Source: Eledone cirrhosa
Taxonomy: Eukaryota
Length of the DNA: 64,000 nt
Direction: 5' to 3'
NCBI GenBank assembly: GCA_964016885.1
Contig: OZ024742.1
Span: forward strand, 265,298,001 to 265,362,000
Shown here: one piece after another, positions 41,745 to 55,015 of the stretch
Position numbering within the stretch: the stretch's first letter is position 1
How the letters are laid out: every line of letters starts with the position of its first letter
Program-made: the position numbers and the translations under genes
Notes under the pieces: generated by a model
What the model was told of the DNA's origin: nothing
Seen by the model: only the letters and a program-made list of their open reading frames with translations
Database searches by the model: none

Positions 41745-42442
41745 GCACACACATACACACACGTGTCCAACCTTAGGACGGCGAAACAATTACGTTCTTG
41801 GTGGGCTACGATTACTGGCCTCAACATACTTAGCCCACCGATCTTTTCACAGTTCAAAAGTACTTCTTCCCGAATGGCTCCAAACTCAATTTCAGTCCGC
41901 ATGATATCCTGCCGGCTTTCCTAGCGGGAGACATTTACGATATATAATGAAACGAAGCTATCGAATAGGACCGACAGAGTCTCTAAAATTTAGTTACGTC
42001 TGTATTATTAAGACACAAACACAAGAGAATTAGATTGCACACTTAAACGTGAATTAGAGAGAAACACGATTTCGTGCGGGTAGGAAATTTGATTTTCCGG
42101 CAATTTCTGTGATTCAGATACATAAGTGACTAGAGTCACGTCGTCAGCGGGGGTTAGCCTCGCTGGAACGGAGGAATCTGATTAGCTATCCACTAGACCA
42201 CATCAAGAGAATATGCAAGTGTAGCAGTAACCCCGACTTTCAGTGATACGTGACTTCACATGAAAACGGTGATAAGCTAGTCCTGACCGTTCACAGGTAA
42301 TACGTTGGTATTTATTCAAATAAAAAAAATGAACAGGCCATGAAGCACTCAATCAGGTGCTTCCACAGACAGCTATAATAAGCAAAATAAAAAATGGTCA
42401 ACTTACAGTTTGATTGCGGATTAGTCTAAGAGTTTCAAATAA

Positions 42443-42616
42443 TAATTGTTTCTACTTTAGGCACAAGGCCAGCAATTACTGGTACTTTATTTTATCGACC
42501 CCGTAAGGATGAAAGGCAAAGTTAACCTCGGCGGGATTTGAACTCAGATCGTAAAGGGACGTAACTATGCTGGAAAGCATGGCGTCCGACCCTCTACCGA
42601 TACTGCCAATCCACCA
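42443..42616 (-). mobile_element. tRNA-derived Nin/Deu-like SINE
   Basis: Family copy with a small internal deletion. Confidence 0.9.
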
Positions 42617-43114
42617 ATGAAACCAAACTGCCTAATAGGACCAACACAGACATCATCATTTTCTCACTCACTCAATAATTAAATTAAGTCAGTATTAAGA
42701 CACAAACCCAAGAAAATTAGAGAGCACACATACATGATAATTAATGAGAAAAACGATATATATACACATAGTATACGAAAGTAACCTAATTCATTTCAGT
42801 GATTCCGGCCATGACCTACTCACTCAATGAGATAATAAACTCGCAGTTGTGAAGCTGCATCATGAAATACAGAGTGCACACATCATAGTTAGTTAGTGAG
42901 TATTATGGCAGTGTTTGGATAAAGATACCTCCGTATCTATCTCCGGAACTGATTCCATTTCTATGCAATACACTGTCTATAATAATTATTAAGTGTTATA
43001 AGCAGAGAATTGCGTAATACCAGCATATACTAGGCAATCCGGTATATACATACATATATATATATGTCCAGCTACTGGAGGTTCACCAGAGTGAGTACTC
43101 CGAGAGTTACTCGT

Positions 43115-43830
43115 GGAAAAATCCCACAAAAGCACCCTCTCCCGGTTGTCCTCCTGCAATACTAGGGACTCACACTCAGAGCAGGTCCATTCACACGGGC
43201 CATTCTTGCCTCTCTCACCACCTTTCAACAAACTGTCTGGAAGGCAGCACTTCTCTCTCCACCCTGATTTTCTTTTTCTGGTGAGACTTGAAAAAGTTAA
43301 TGAGAGAGTTGTGGAAGAGATAAGTGCCCATCTTCAAACCTTTTACATGCCTCCACCATACGAACTCCCTCATCATTGCCACCAGGCAGATAAGAACTGC
43401 CTGTCATTCCTGGTTAAAGAAGGGCGGTGGAGCAATTTCACGATGGGTTCAGCTGATAGCTGTAACCGTCCTATACGCGAAAGCAGGTGTTCGACATAAA
43501 CCCACAGGTCAGCAATGCTCTAACACTGATCGAGTGTGTGCGGGACGGTCTTGTCGCCCGTGCGCATCTTGGACAGGTCCTATTGACGGCACTTCCATGC
43601 CTGTAAAGTTTATCTAGAACTGACAAAGCTCCCCGGTAGCACTGCCAGGCCTGGGAGTTATGCATTTTATCCAATGCTCCTGAACCAAATGTTCTCCCAA
43701 GGGGCAGTTTCCACCGATTGCAGTGCCCGATTGGCAAAGGGCAGTGAGCGCTTGAAGACATTCCAGTTTCAAGTGCTCCCTCTCGGTCTCCGCTTGACCC
43801 ACAATGCAGCTCCATCAAGAAAACGCGCTG
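43115..43830 (-). mobile_element. Tx1 LINE 3' fragment (subfamily closer to 49305-50530)
   Basis: LECLQALTAL, AWQCYRGAL.V.DKLYRHG.AV.RTCPRC. Confidence 0.8.
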
Positions 43831-43834
43831 GAGA

Positions 43835-44640
43835 AAAATGTGTCAAGCAAATAACGACCACATCTGTTCACCGTCGTGGAATATCTGGAGATGTCATAAT
43901 ATTCCTTTGTGTTGAGGTGGACGGATTTGTATTGAGGCAGTTACTAACATATCCCTGTGCCCCAATATTCATAGATATAAATCTGGAGGTATAGTCAGGG
44001 TCGATGATCTGCAGATTCCTCATTATTTCTGCATGGGTATTCTCCTTTTCACTAATCTTTAATATTATATTGGCATCTGCTGGGCTTCCACTACTGTGCA
44101 TGCCTTCTTTTCTCTGTTCCATATCATTATATCTGGTCTGTTATGCTTCCATTTTATTGGGGGTTTTACTGGAACATTCCACCAGTATTCTTTCATATTA
44201 TGTATATGTATGTCTTCCACATTGATTTACCTTTTGTTTGTTGTCGCGGCTATCTTTTCTACGGATTGCATTGTATATTGTTTTGGTCACTACATTATGC
44301 CTCATCGGGAGATAGTCCCGTGATGACATCTTTGGACAGCTGCTTTTGACATGGGTGACACCTTCGATGCTAATTCTGTAGGGTCTGCATTTGTTGTTGC
44401 ATTAAGGTGTTTTGCCTGCATCCCTATCTTTTTTTTGAATCAGGTATTTTGTGTTGATTTCCTGTTCTTGGATTTCAAAAGTGTATCCTTCAAAGTTGGA
44501 GCCAACATAGCGGTTCCTGGTCCTAGATAGGCTACTTTGCTTATCTATATTACTCCCATCCTGGAGATTCCTGGCAACAAATCCATGCATGATCTTTTGC
44601 TAATAAGCATGCAGCTTTTCATCCATGGATTCACTGTTTT
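43835..44640 (-). mobile_element. R4/Dong-like (RLE) LINE C-terminal relic
   Basis: HGF...IDK.SSL......FEGY.F.IQEQEINTKY, KCR, MRHNVV, HNRPDI motifs; second copy at 51685-51960. Confidence 0.7.
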
Positions 44641-44711
44641 TCATCCATGTACATATGTGTGTATGTGTGTGTGTACGCATGTATGTATGTATGTATGTGT
44701 GTATGTATGTA

Positions 44712-47130
44712 TGAGAAAACATCAAGACTGGTTTAATGAAAATGATGAACATATAGAAGACTTGTTGGCTGATAAGAGGCGTGTTCTGTCACGCTATTTG
44801 ACAGCAAAACCACAGGAGAAGAATATGTTGCATAAAGAACTCAAGGATGTGAAATCACATGTTAGGCGGAGTCTTTCTCAGATGAAGGATCAGTGGTGGA
44901 GTGGATAAGGCTGATGAGATACAAGCTGCGTCAGATTCCAATAACACAAAGCTGTTGTACAGTCTCTTGCGTGAAGTTTATGGACCGTCTTGTTCTCTGG
45001 TGACACCGCTTCGCAGCAGGGATAGCAAAGAACTTCTTCGTGACTCACAAGAAATTCTACGAAGGTGGCGGGAGCACTTTCATGAGCTGTTGAATCAGCC
45101 GTCTGTCGTCGATGAAGATTTCCTCAACCTCATTCCAGAAAATCCTGTGAAAGTAGCTCTCGCAGAACCTCCGACGCTTGTGGTGGTTGCAGTAGCTATC
45201 TCGATATCTCGAAGCTGAACAATGGAAGGTCTCCAGGTTTGGATGGCATACATGTAGAGCTCCTACAATATGGTGGTGAGAGACTTCTGCAACATCTTCA
45301 CTCTTTATTTGGCAGGATATGTGCTAATGAATCCGAACCTGAGGACTGGAGAGATGCAGTAATGGTGGTCTTGTACAAAGGAAAGGGTAACAGGAATGAC
45401 TGTGGGAACTACAGAGGTATATCATTGCTTTCTGTCGTTGGGAAAGTTTTATGTAGGGTGCTTCTGGACCGTCTGCTGACACACATTGCAGATTGTGTTC
45501 TTCCTGAAAGTCAATCTCGTTTTCGTGCTGGACGCGGCACTACTGATATGATCTTCTCAGCTAGACAGCTCCAGGAGAAGTGCATGGAACAAGGTTTGGA
45601 TCTGTATCAGGTTTTTGTTGATCTGACGAAAGCTTTCGATGCTGTTAACAGAAATGCATTATGGAAGGTTCTCCAGAAACTTGGTTGCCCTGATAAGTTC
45701 CTTGCTTTGGTTAGGTCTTTCCATGACGACATGAAGGCTTGAGTTAATGTCGGAGGTAACATGTCGGAGCCTATCTCAGTAAAAAATGGAGTGAAACAGG
45801 GGGATATTCCAACACCGACCCTGTTTGCCAATGGTTTTCTATATTGCATTCAGGAATTGCGAGCATGGTGTTTACATCCAATATCGAACATCAGGCAGCA
45901 TATTTAACATCAGGCGCTTTGCTGCAAAAACAAAAGTATTTACATTAATCATAAGAGGAATCTTGTATGCAGATGATTGCGATCTTGTAGCGCACATAGA
46001 TAGTGATATGCAGAACATTTAGAATGCATTTTCTGATGCTTGCACTGCCCTAGGATTGACTGTCATTCTCACGAAACCGTCGTCATGTACCAACCTGCCC
46101 CTGGTAAGCAGTACAGTGAACCAAATATTTATGTGTATGGTAAACGACTTGGAGTGGTTGATCAGTTTGTCTACCTGGGAAGCATTGTCAATCGATACAA
46201 CAACCTTGATAATGAAATCCCACTCAGGACTAGGAAAGCAAGTGATGCTTTCGGACAACTAGAAAGGCGACTCTGGGGTCGGCGAGACCTATGCAAGAAG
46301 ACAAAGGTAAAGGTGTACAAGGCATGTGTGCACTCTTCTCTTCTTTATGCCTGCAAGACCTGAGTCACATATCGACACCACCTTAAGCAATTGGAGCGTT
46401 TCCATCAGATGTGTCTCAGACGGATCCATGTCGTTCACTGGAGGGACCACATCAGCGATGTCGAGATTTTGGAAAGCTCTCTGTGTGACAGTATAGAAGC
46501 TCTTGTGCTTAAGCAAAGACTCCGTTGGAGTGGTCACCTTGTCAGGATGAAGGATTCTATAATACCAAAACAACTCTTTTATGGAGAGTTAGTTAAAGGA
46601 AAACGACCACATAAACCAAAAAAGAGGTATAAGGATTCCTTGAAAGCCTCTTTGAAAGACGCTAACATCTCTGCTGATACATGGGAAAATGCTGCTGCTG
46701 ATCGTAATAAATGGAGAAAGACTATATGAGGGGAAAGTTGCCTTTGGGGCATCTCGAATCGCATACGAGAAAGTAAAGTGGGATGTGAGGAAGGGTATTA
46801 CTGTTGCATTTCCAGACGGCAAAGATCCTCATATGGCGCTGACATGCAGCGTCTGGGCGAGACTCTGCCTAAGCAAAGTCATCTTTGCAGTCATGAAGTG
46901 TGAAACAGTGGTTGACTACCAGGCTGCTGTTGGAGATGCTGCTCATCATGCTTGCCAAGCATGTGGTAGAGAATGTAAATCAGCAGGAGGGCTCAAACGA
47001 CATGCAAAAGTACATGAACTCCAACCACATGCTGCGATTCAGTGTGAATGTTTTGGTTGCAACTCTGTGCAAGACATTTTAGATCATTGGCTGAGATAAA
47101 AAGCCACATTCGATCGCAGCACTGTTAATT
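44712..47130 (+). mobile_element. RTE (BovB-like) LINE, 5'-truncated, with C-terminal C2H2 zinc fingers
   Basis: HQDWFNEND, NYRGISLLSVVGK, LPESQ.RFRAGRGTTDMIF, FVDLTKAFD, GVKQG, LYADDC, ERFHQMCLRRI, RLRWSGH, CQACGRECKSAGGLKRHAKVH; several stops and frameshifts. Confidence 0.95.
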
Positions 47131-47289
47131 GCTATCGTGTGTGTGTATGTAGATATGTTTCTGTGTCTGTGTGTGTGTGTATATTATTATTGTTGTTGTT
47201 GTTGTCGTTATTATTATTGTTGTTATTATTATTATTTATATTAAATAATAAATAAAGAAATCATTATTATTATTATTATTGTTTTTATT

Positions 47290-48860
47290 TTCTTCCATTA
47301 TTGTTTCTGAGATATATGCCGAGTGTCTTCCCGACACCTAGGGCAAATAAATTCACAGTGTGCATTGGTAAGCCAGTTAATACAGCACATTGATTATAAT
47401 TAAAAAAAACAAAAAAAAACAGTATACATATATACTCATGTGCATATGTAAATACAAGGGGGGATATCAATCTTACAGAGATAGTGCTCTTCTCAACACG
47501 TGTGCAGTACCAGTCAAAACAATTTTGTGCACCTCGTGCAGAGAGGGCAAACCAGGAATCATTCGCAAATATTGTTCTGTTCCTTTCTTGATCATATCCA
47601 GTCCTCCCACAATCACTGGTGTTGTAACGGCCTTGAGGTGCCACATTTTCTCAATTTCAATAAGCAGATCTTTTTATTTTCCTAACTTGTCAAACTCTTT
47701 TGTCGCGATATTGTGATCACATGGGATGCTCATATCTATCAACAAACAGACCTTGTTATGTTGATCTTTTACAATGATTTCAGGTCTATTTGCTTTTATG
47801 GACCTGTCAGTATGTACAGGAAAGTCCCAGATAATTGTTACTTTTTCTCCTTCAGTCACAGCCTCAGGGTGATGGTTGTACCACTTGTCTTCAGCTTTGA
47901 TTTTGTAATGCCGACATATTACCCAGTGTAGATATTGGCCAACTGTGTTATGTCTATATTTGTATTCTACTGGTGCTAAAACTTTACATCCAGAGACTAA
48001 GTGATCTACTGTTTCAAGCCCAGCTTTGCAGAATCGGCACTTTGGGTTTATTCGATTTCTCATCACATTGGCCTGGTAATTACGAGTCAATAAGCTTTGA
48101 TCTTGGGCAGCTAAGATGAAGCCTTCACTCTCCGCCTTTAGCCCTGAACTACAAAGCCACTATATCCAGGCTATCAACCAAACCTTGTTCTAGCCCGTCA
48201 GCATTCATTTCCTCAATGGCCGTATCTTTGTTCCAGATGTTATTTATTTCAGCATTCAGATCATTGTCTGCTTCGGATGCTTCCTCTGTTTTCTCAACCT
48301 CTTCACCTTCATTTCCAACTGGCTCGTTTTCCTGACATTCTCCACTCTCCATTTCCAACCTAATCTCTCTGCTCAGTTCCTCCAGTTCCAACTCGATTAT
48401 CCATCCATTAGTTCTTATTACCCGAGCCTGCCCGGCCAATTTTTGTTCATCTAATTTAAATAAACCAATCTTGTTCCAGATGTTATGCATCCGTTTCCTA
48501 TAGCCTTTTTCCTTGGGGTTACTCTTCAGGTAACATTCCATGACAGTTCTATTCAATTCTTTCGTCCAGTTGGTTCTGGTCCCTTTCCTTCTTCTTCTTC
48601 CTGCAACACCAGCAGTATTTGGATGACAGCCAGGTCCCTGCTGCTGGGCCAGGGAGCACTTGCTGGGTGAGAGTCTGTCACATGACGTTCCAGTCTCTTC
48701 TTCACCGTTATTCGAACTGTTTAGGTTCGACATTTAAACACTCATATCGAGGATCGGTGAATGTATGGTTACATAACCACCGGTGATTTCATCACCCCCC
48801 AGTGATTTCATCACCCCCGGTGATTTTAGCGTGGCACCATCACGCTGTAGACGAACATAA
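47290..48860 (-). mobile_element. Internally deleted R4/Dong LINE (N-terminus joined to CCHC/RLE C-terminus, RT absent)
   Basis: ORF 48149-48733 (W..E.N..VMECY..S.P...GYRKRM..IW....EQ.LA.Q.R.I) abuts LKAESEGFILAAQDQSL.TRNY..CRFC...ETVDHL.SGC..RHN...RP.I...ID...D...K. 3' end in a (TAA)n-rich tract. Confidence 0.9.
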
Positions 48861-49149
48861 ATAAATAAACAAATAAATAGATAAACACTTTAAAAAATAA
48901 ACATAAGTTTCATTGTAATGTTTGAATGTCTGACTTAGATTTTTTGTTTGTTTGTTTTTTTCCTTTTTGTTTTTCAAGGCCAGTAACATCGGTTACTAGT
49001 GTTGTTGTTGCTGCTGCTGCTGTTTTTGATTTTAGCTACGAGGGAAGTAGGGATTGTTGCGTTCAAATTTTGAAATTTGTTTTTCTTTTGTTGTTGCATT
49101 TGTTTTTGTCTGTGTTCTGTTCTGTAATTTTTCGACTTGTTGTTTAGCA

Positions 49150-49303
49150 TTGGATTGGCAGTATCGGTAGAGGGTCGGACGCCATGCTTTCCAGCATAGT
49201 TACGTCCCTTTACGATCTGAGTTCAAATCCCGCCGAGGTTGACTTTGCCTTTCATCCTGACGGGATCGACAAAAATAAAGTACCAGTAATGTACTGGGTA
49301 ATT
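49150..49303 (+). mobile_element. tRNA-derived Nin/Deu-like SINE, 3'-truncated next to Tx1 copy
   Basis: Family head and core; sequence switches to Tx1 at about 49305. Confidence 0.85.
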
Positions 49304-49304
49304 G

Positions 49305-50530
49305 CTGACTGCGCTGGAGCGTTTGCTCTTTCGCTTTTTGTAGAAGGGACGCGCTCCGATGGTCAGGCGGTCCATTTGCTCTTAACACCCGCTACGTGGA
49401 GGGCTGGGCATACCGTGGCTGATGATGCGCAGACACGCGCTCAGGCTACGACATATCCACCTCTTCCTCGGCGGTGATCAGGTGTGGTCGCCGTTTGCTA
49501 GACGCGTCTTTCCCCAGCTCGTCTCCTTGACGGGGCTGCAGTCCTGGGTCAAGCGAAGACCGAGAGGGAGCTCTTGGAGACTGGAATGTCTTCAGGCGCT
49601 CACAGCCCTCGACCAATCGGGCAATGTGATCGGTAGAAAATCCACCTTGGCGTTCTATAGAGGATTAGTGGAGGGGAAGGGCGACGATGTACTTGGGGAA
49701 ATTATAGGCGTCGACGAAACTCAACTAGCCAATCTCTTTGGAAGAACTTTCGGGCCGGGGCCTATGGACAACTTCCAGAAATCCCTAGCCTGACAGTGCT
49801 ACCCAGGAGCTTTGCCAGTTCGGGATAAACTCTACAGGCATGGAGGTGCCGTCAGACGGGCATGTCCGAGATGCGCGCATGGCGACGAAACTGTCCAGCA
49901 TGCACTCGTCCAGTGTCCGAGCATTGCTGACTTGTGGGTTTATGTCAAACACCTGCTGTCGCATGTAGGACGGATCCGGCTATCAGCTGAGTCCATCGTG
50001 AGGATTGCCCCGCCCTCTTCCTTTAGCCGGGAAGGGCAGGCAGATTTTATCTGTCTGGTGGCCATGGCGAAAGAGATAGTATGGTGGACACGTTTGAAAG
50101 GGCTGAAGACGAACACTTACCTCTTCGGTGATGCCCTGATTAACTTTTTCAAATTTCATTTGAAAAGGAAAATAAGAGTAGAGAGGGAAGTGCTCTCTTC
50201 CCAGCATTTTGTTGAAAGATGGGTGAGAGAAGCAAGTATGGCCCGAATGAATGGGCCTACTCTGAGTATGTGTCTGTAAATTAAAGGTGGAAATCTGGGA
50301 GAGGGCACTTGCCTTGGTGGGCAGGGTCACTGTGGCCCTTTAATGGGCTTTCTCCACAAATGTCCTCGGAAGTCTCCCCCCTATTGGGGAATTTTTTATT
50401 GTTATTTTTTTGTAACATCCTCTGTTTTTCTTTTTTAGACGCAGAAATGCCCATTTATTCCGTCGTGTATTGTCCTGTACTGTCCTTAATGTCTACTTTA
50501 TGTAAACCCTTGAGGTTAATAAAGAAAGCA
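49305..50530 (+). mobile_element. Tx1 LINE 3' fragment
   Basis: ORFs 49422-49793 and 49812-50279 are homologous to 36900-37790; tail aataaagaaagc then (att)n. Confidence 0.9.
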
Positions 50531-51462
50531 TTATTATTATTATTATTATTATGTTGTTGTTGTTTTTTTTTTGGGGGGGGGGTTCTCGTGCAATGGCCAT
50601 ACTCAATAACGAGGGGCAGCCATCATGTGTGTATATCAGGTGGCTCTCGAGTGTTACTAGTAATATGAAACCCAGTACAACTTGTCTGATGGTCCGCTCG
50701 TCGGTGAATAAACCGGCAACACCACCAAGTTGGCTCGATGAGGGGGTGGGGTTGATATTTGGACACCCTGCGGGATGGATTACCCGGCAAAAGGTGGAGT
50801 CACTCAACAGAGTTAACGGCCATCCAAATAGTAGTTTGTTTTTTTTTTGTTTTTTTTTTCACCTGGGGGTGAAAGGACTCCAGTTGTTGTCACAACACTT
50901 TTCTATGAGAGGGAAACTCTGAAAAAAAAGCCTGCGGCTTCGGAAGCATCCGATGATGTTGACCAGTTCTCCTTTTCGGGTAGTGTTTTCGATTCTCAGA
51001 GAGTGGGATTGGTCGAGTGCAAGGCTTTTCTCCACTTAAAAAAACCAACAGGCATTGCTTGTTCATGTTTTGTTACATGTTTGTGTGGCTGGCCGTAGTC
51101 TAAAGGTGCACAGAACTCTATAATCTGACAAGCGATTGCAAAGTTTGCAGCCATCATGTATGTATGTTTATATGTATGTATGTATGTTTATATGTATGTA
51201 TGTTTATATGTATGTATATATATGTATGTATGAATGTATACATTGGTGAATCGAGAGACAGTACAAAGGATATTATGATAACACTGTAAATGCAGGGCAT
51301 GCATGATTAGTGCCTAAATATTCTGGAATGTGAAGTGAGTTATTATATAAAATTGAGGCTCCACCCTTTCCAAAATGAATTCCTTGTGAGTGGCGCAGTG
51401 AACCGTCTATTATGCAACTCACAAACACTCGCACACACGCACACACATATTTATTTATATAT

Positions 51463-51547
<85 letters not shown>

Positions 51548-51684
51548 CATATTTATAGATGCATGAATATATATGTATGTATTATGTATGTTCTGGCTTT
51601 ATATTTTCACAAATGTTTACCTATAGAGAGAGAGTCGGTTTCTAACATAAAGATAGGACTCTCTCATTGGAATTTAAACAACAT

Positions 51685-51960
51685 CAACTAGGTAGATCTG
51701 TGTGCATATCTGCACTTCCACTACTGTGCATGCCTTCTTTTCCCTGTCTCATTATATCTGGTCTGTTATGCCTGCATTTTATTGGGGTTTTGACTGGAAC
51801 ATCCCACCAGTACTCTTTCCTATTATGTATAGGTATGTCTTCCACATTGCTGTAGCTTTTAATGTGTTTATTATCGGGGCTATCATTTCTACGGATTGCA
51901 TCGTACTGTGTTTTGGCCACTACTACATGCCTCATAGGTAGATGACATCTTTGGACAACT
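51685..51960 (-). mobile_element. R4/Dong-like RLE fragment
   Basis: MRH.VVAK..YDAIR...WWDVPVKT.IKCRHNRPDI; matches 44080-44345. Confidence 0.7.
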
Positions 51961-52014
51961 ATGTATGTATAAAAGAGTCGAAGTCAGCATTGCAGCATAT
52001 TATTGCAATTTATT

Positions 52015-52105
52015 TACATATTACAATTGTTTCGATATCGATCAGCTCTGGGTAGACACAAGGTGGCGGAGCCCGATGCTTTTTCTACATCTCGTTAGAT
52101 GTGCA
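52015..52105 (-). ncRNA. Hammerhead relic, G5-to-A core change (likely inactive)
   Basis: Reverse complement tgcacat-CTAACGA-gat...atc-GAAA-caattg-TA-atatgta. Confidence 0.55.
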
Positions 52106-52239
52106 AGTTTATACGTGCAAAGACACATCTAAACTGTACACTACAGCCGTAACTCTGGAATACAACCAAAACGAAACGGACCACCTAACAACATTGAGTG
52201 TTTCGAACGGCGCGGTGCCTGTAACTATTGTTACACCAC

Positions 52240-52317
<78 letters not shown>

Positions 52318-52376
52318 ACACCCACACCCACACACACACACACCCACGCACACCCACACCCACACCCACACACACC

Positions 52377-52409
<33 letters not shown>

Positions 52410-52503
52410 TCGCAGAATTGCATATTGTACACAGTCAATATTTCTTTCCCTACACACCCATAGGAAGACACCTCACATATATACATACCTCCTCCCACAG
52501 ATA

Positions 52504-52545
<42 letters not shown>

Positions 52546-52549
52546 TATA

Positions 52550-52742
52550 TTTAATATAGAAATTGCTTCTACGGGACTAGAACAGTTTTATTCAAAGGAA
52601 ATCATCAGGAAATCCCTGATGATTTCTTTTGAATGAAACATTTCTAGTCCTGTAGAGCCATTTCTATATTAAACATAATGTTTACACTCTACTAATGAAT
52701 TGAGTACCTTACTAACTGTGGTTACCCCTGATTAAACCCGGG

Positions 52743-52745
<3 letters not shown>
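52550..52745 (+). mobile_element. Foldback remnant with back-to-back degenerate hammerhead cores
   Basis: Hairpin 52550-52673 centred on tcatcagg-aaatc-cctgatga; CTGATGA-tttc..gaat-GAAA-catt-TC. Confidence 0.6.
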
Positions 52746-52780
<35 letters not shown>

Positions 52781-53177
52781 GTCCATACATATATATCGTA
52801 TATACATGTGTATGTGTGTGTGTGTATGTGCGTGTGTGAATTCATGTGTGTATGTATGTGTTTAACGGCATCTATAATTTCGGCGTCAGTCGCTATGAAT
52901 TCAGCATTATTAAGCAAGAGCTGAGAAATGTAAAGTAGAAAGAGAAACAAGAGGCTGAGATGTCTGTGTTGTTCTCAGTTGAGTTATTAAATATTACCTT
53001 TGGCGCCAAACTCACTCAATGCCACTTGTTTTGTTTGCTAGCGTTTCGTTTTTAAGGCTGGAGGTTTGAGGTGAACAGAGAAATAAAGGATTGATCTAAC
53101 TAACCGTGCACCTATTTATATGTCTATTTATTTATCTATCGAAAATGCACTTATCTATCCGTCTATCTATCTATCCG

Positions 53178-53246
<69 letters not shown>

Positions 53247-53352
53247 ATATCTGTGTGTGTATGTGTGTGCATACACAGAGATATATATATATATAAATGC
53301 ATACACAAATACACAAACACCCATACATCCGCATACCTACAAACCCACACAC

Positions 53353-53395
<43 letters not shown>

Positions 53396-53410
53396 CTACT
53401 GTATATATAT

Positions 53411-53964
53411 ATACATACTGTTGTGCGTCTGTATACATATATGTATGTACGTATACATACATACTTACATTTAAGTATCAGCCGTACTAAGAGTGAGAAA
53501 TGAAATTTCGTTTCATTCTTTTCCATTTATCGTTTTCGGTGCGCCCGGCCGACTAACTCACTCGATATGCAAATTAGGCTGGTCAGCCGTTAATATGCAT
53601 AAGGAAAGTATATACTTTCAGACATTCAATCATCTGGCAGAAAGGTATACGATGCTGACCATAGCTAATAAGCTTGAAACTAGTACATCGTTCCTGTGTC
53701 AGTGTTGAACAAAAGAGCAACGATGGTTGCCTGAACACTGTACGGCGTAATTCGGGCTGTTTCTTTGTTTACAAACAAACAAACCGAACATTATAATAAA
53801 TGTTCGGTAAACCGATGCGTACATATATATATGTGTGCATGTATGTATATATATACATACTACTGTACGTCTATATACATATATGTATGTACGTATACAT
53901 ACTTATAATTAAGTAACAACCGTATTAAGGGCGAGAAATGAAATTTCGTTTCATTCTTTTCCAT
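53411..53964 (+). mobile_element. Retrozyme-like non-coding unit, 438-nt period, with degenerate hammerhead at 53649-53691
   Basis: ~110-bp direct repeat (32 bp identical at 53495 and 53933); acgatg-CTGACCA-tagct-aata-agctt-GAAA-ctag-TA-catcgt. Confidence 0.65.
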
Positions 53965-54831
53965 ATATATATATACATATACACATATGTGTATATATAC
54001 ATATATATGTGGAGGCATGTGTTTGCGTGTGTATGCTCGTGTGTGTTTACATGTGTATATATATATATATGTTTTTGTGTTTATGAGTGCGTGTGCATGT
54101 GTGTGTGTCTGTGTGTGTTGTTTCTGTGTGCGTTATTTCTGTTGGTGTTGTGTCTGTATAAAGTAAAGGACCCCTAACTACTGATGGAATTGTTAGTAAG
54201 TGTCAAGGTTTTTGTGGGGGTGGCGTCCTGGATTCTTTTTTTTTTTTTGTTTTCGTTCTGTTGCTTGTAAGTAAATTATGTACAGTATATGTACATGCAT
54301 ATTTCTGTAACCGATACATAAATCATTTAAATTTAGCAATGATTAGTAAAATACTCAAGGATTAGTTTGAAAAGGTGCCCACATTTTGCATCCGGTCTGG
54401 GTCTATTACCAGTTGGGGAGGGGTGCATGTTGCACTTATTATATATTATTTCCTTCACTTTTTAATATAGTAAAATGTTGTTTGAAAAGTGATTTAGCTG
54501 CAATTAAAAGATCGAATGGTCATGTGCCGGCTCCCTCTTTGTAGCATGTGGCGTTTCCATATTCTTATGGGAAACGGGTTAGGGGTTTAAAGAAGACTGA
54601 AGCAGGTGGAAGAAGTCCAAAGCAGGAACCAAATTAGTGGTTTAAGGAAGTCTGAAGCTAGCGGAAGTAGGAGTATGTAAAATTGAAACTGGTGTAACTA
54701 GGGAAACTCGTACATTGTTAGTTTATATTAGTTGTATGAATTTGTGTCTTTATTCATAATACTCAATATTTCTCCATCTTTCTTTTTCCTTTTTCTTTCT
54801 CTCTCAATATCTTTCTTTTTCACATTCATAC

Positions 54832-54957
54832 ACAAACGAAGACACATAAACACACACACAAACGCAGACACATAAACACACACACACAAACGCAGACACA
54901 TACACACTCGCCCTCAAACGCAGACACATAAACACTCACTCACAAACGCAGACACAT

Positions 54958-54965
<8 letters not shown>
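54832..54965. repeat. Minisatellite (acaaacgcagacacataaacacac..), 26-28 bp unit
   Basis: About five tandem units merging into (CA)n. Confidence 0.8.

Positions 54966-55015
<50 letters not shown>

Noticed and set aside
42136-42256. Possible type II hammerhead (GAAAGTC...CTGACGA on minus strand)
   Set aside because: Stem III cannot form; better explained as an imperfect inverted repeat.
50630-51060. GC-richer block resembling a LINE 5' UTR
   Set aside because: No diagnostic motif or second copy in the window to classify it.
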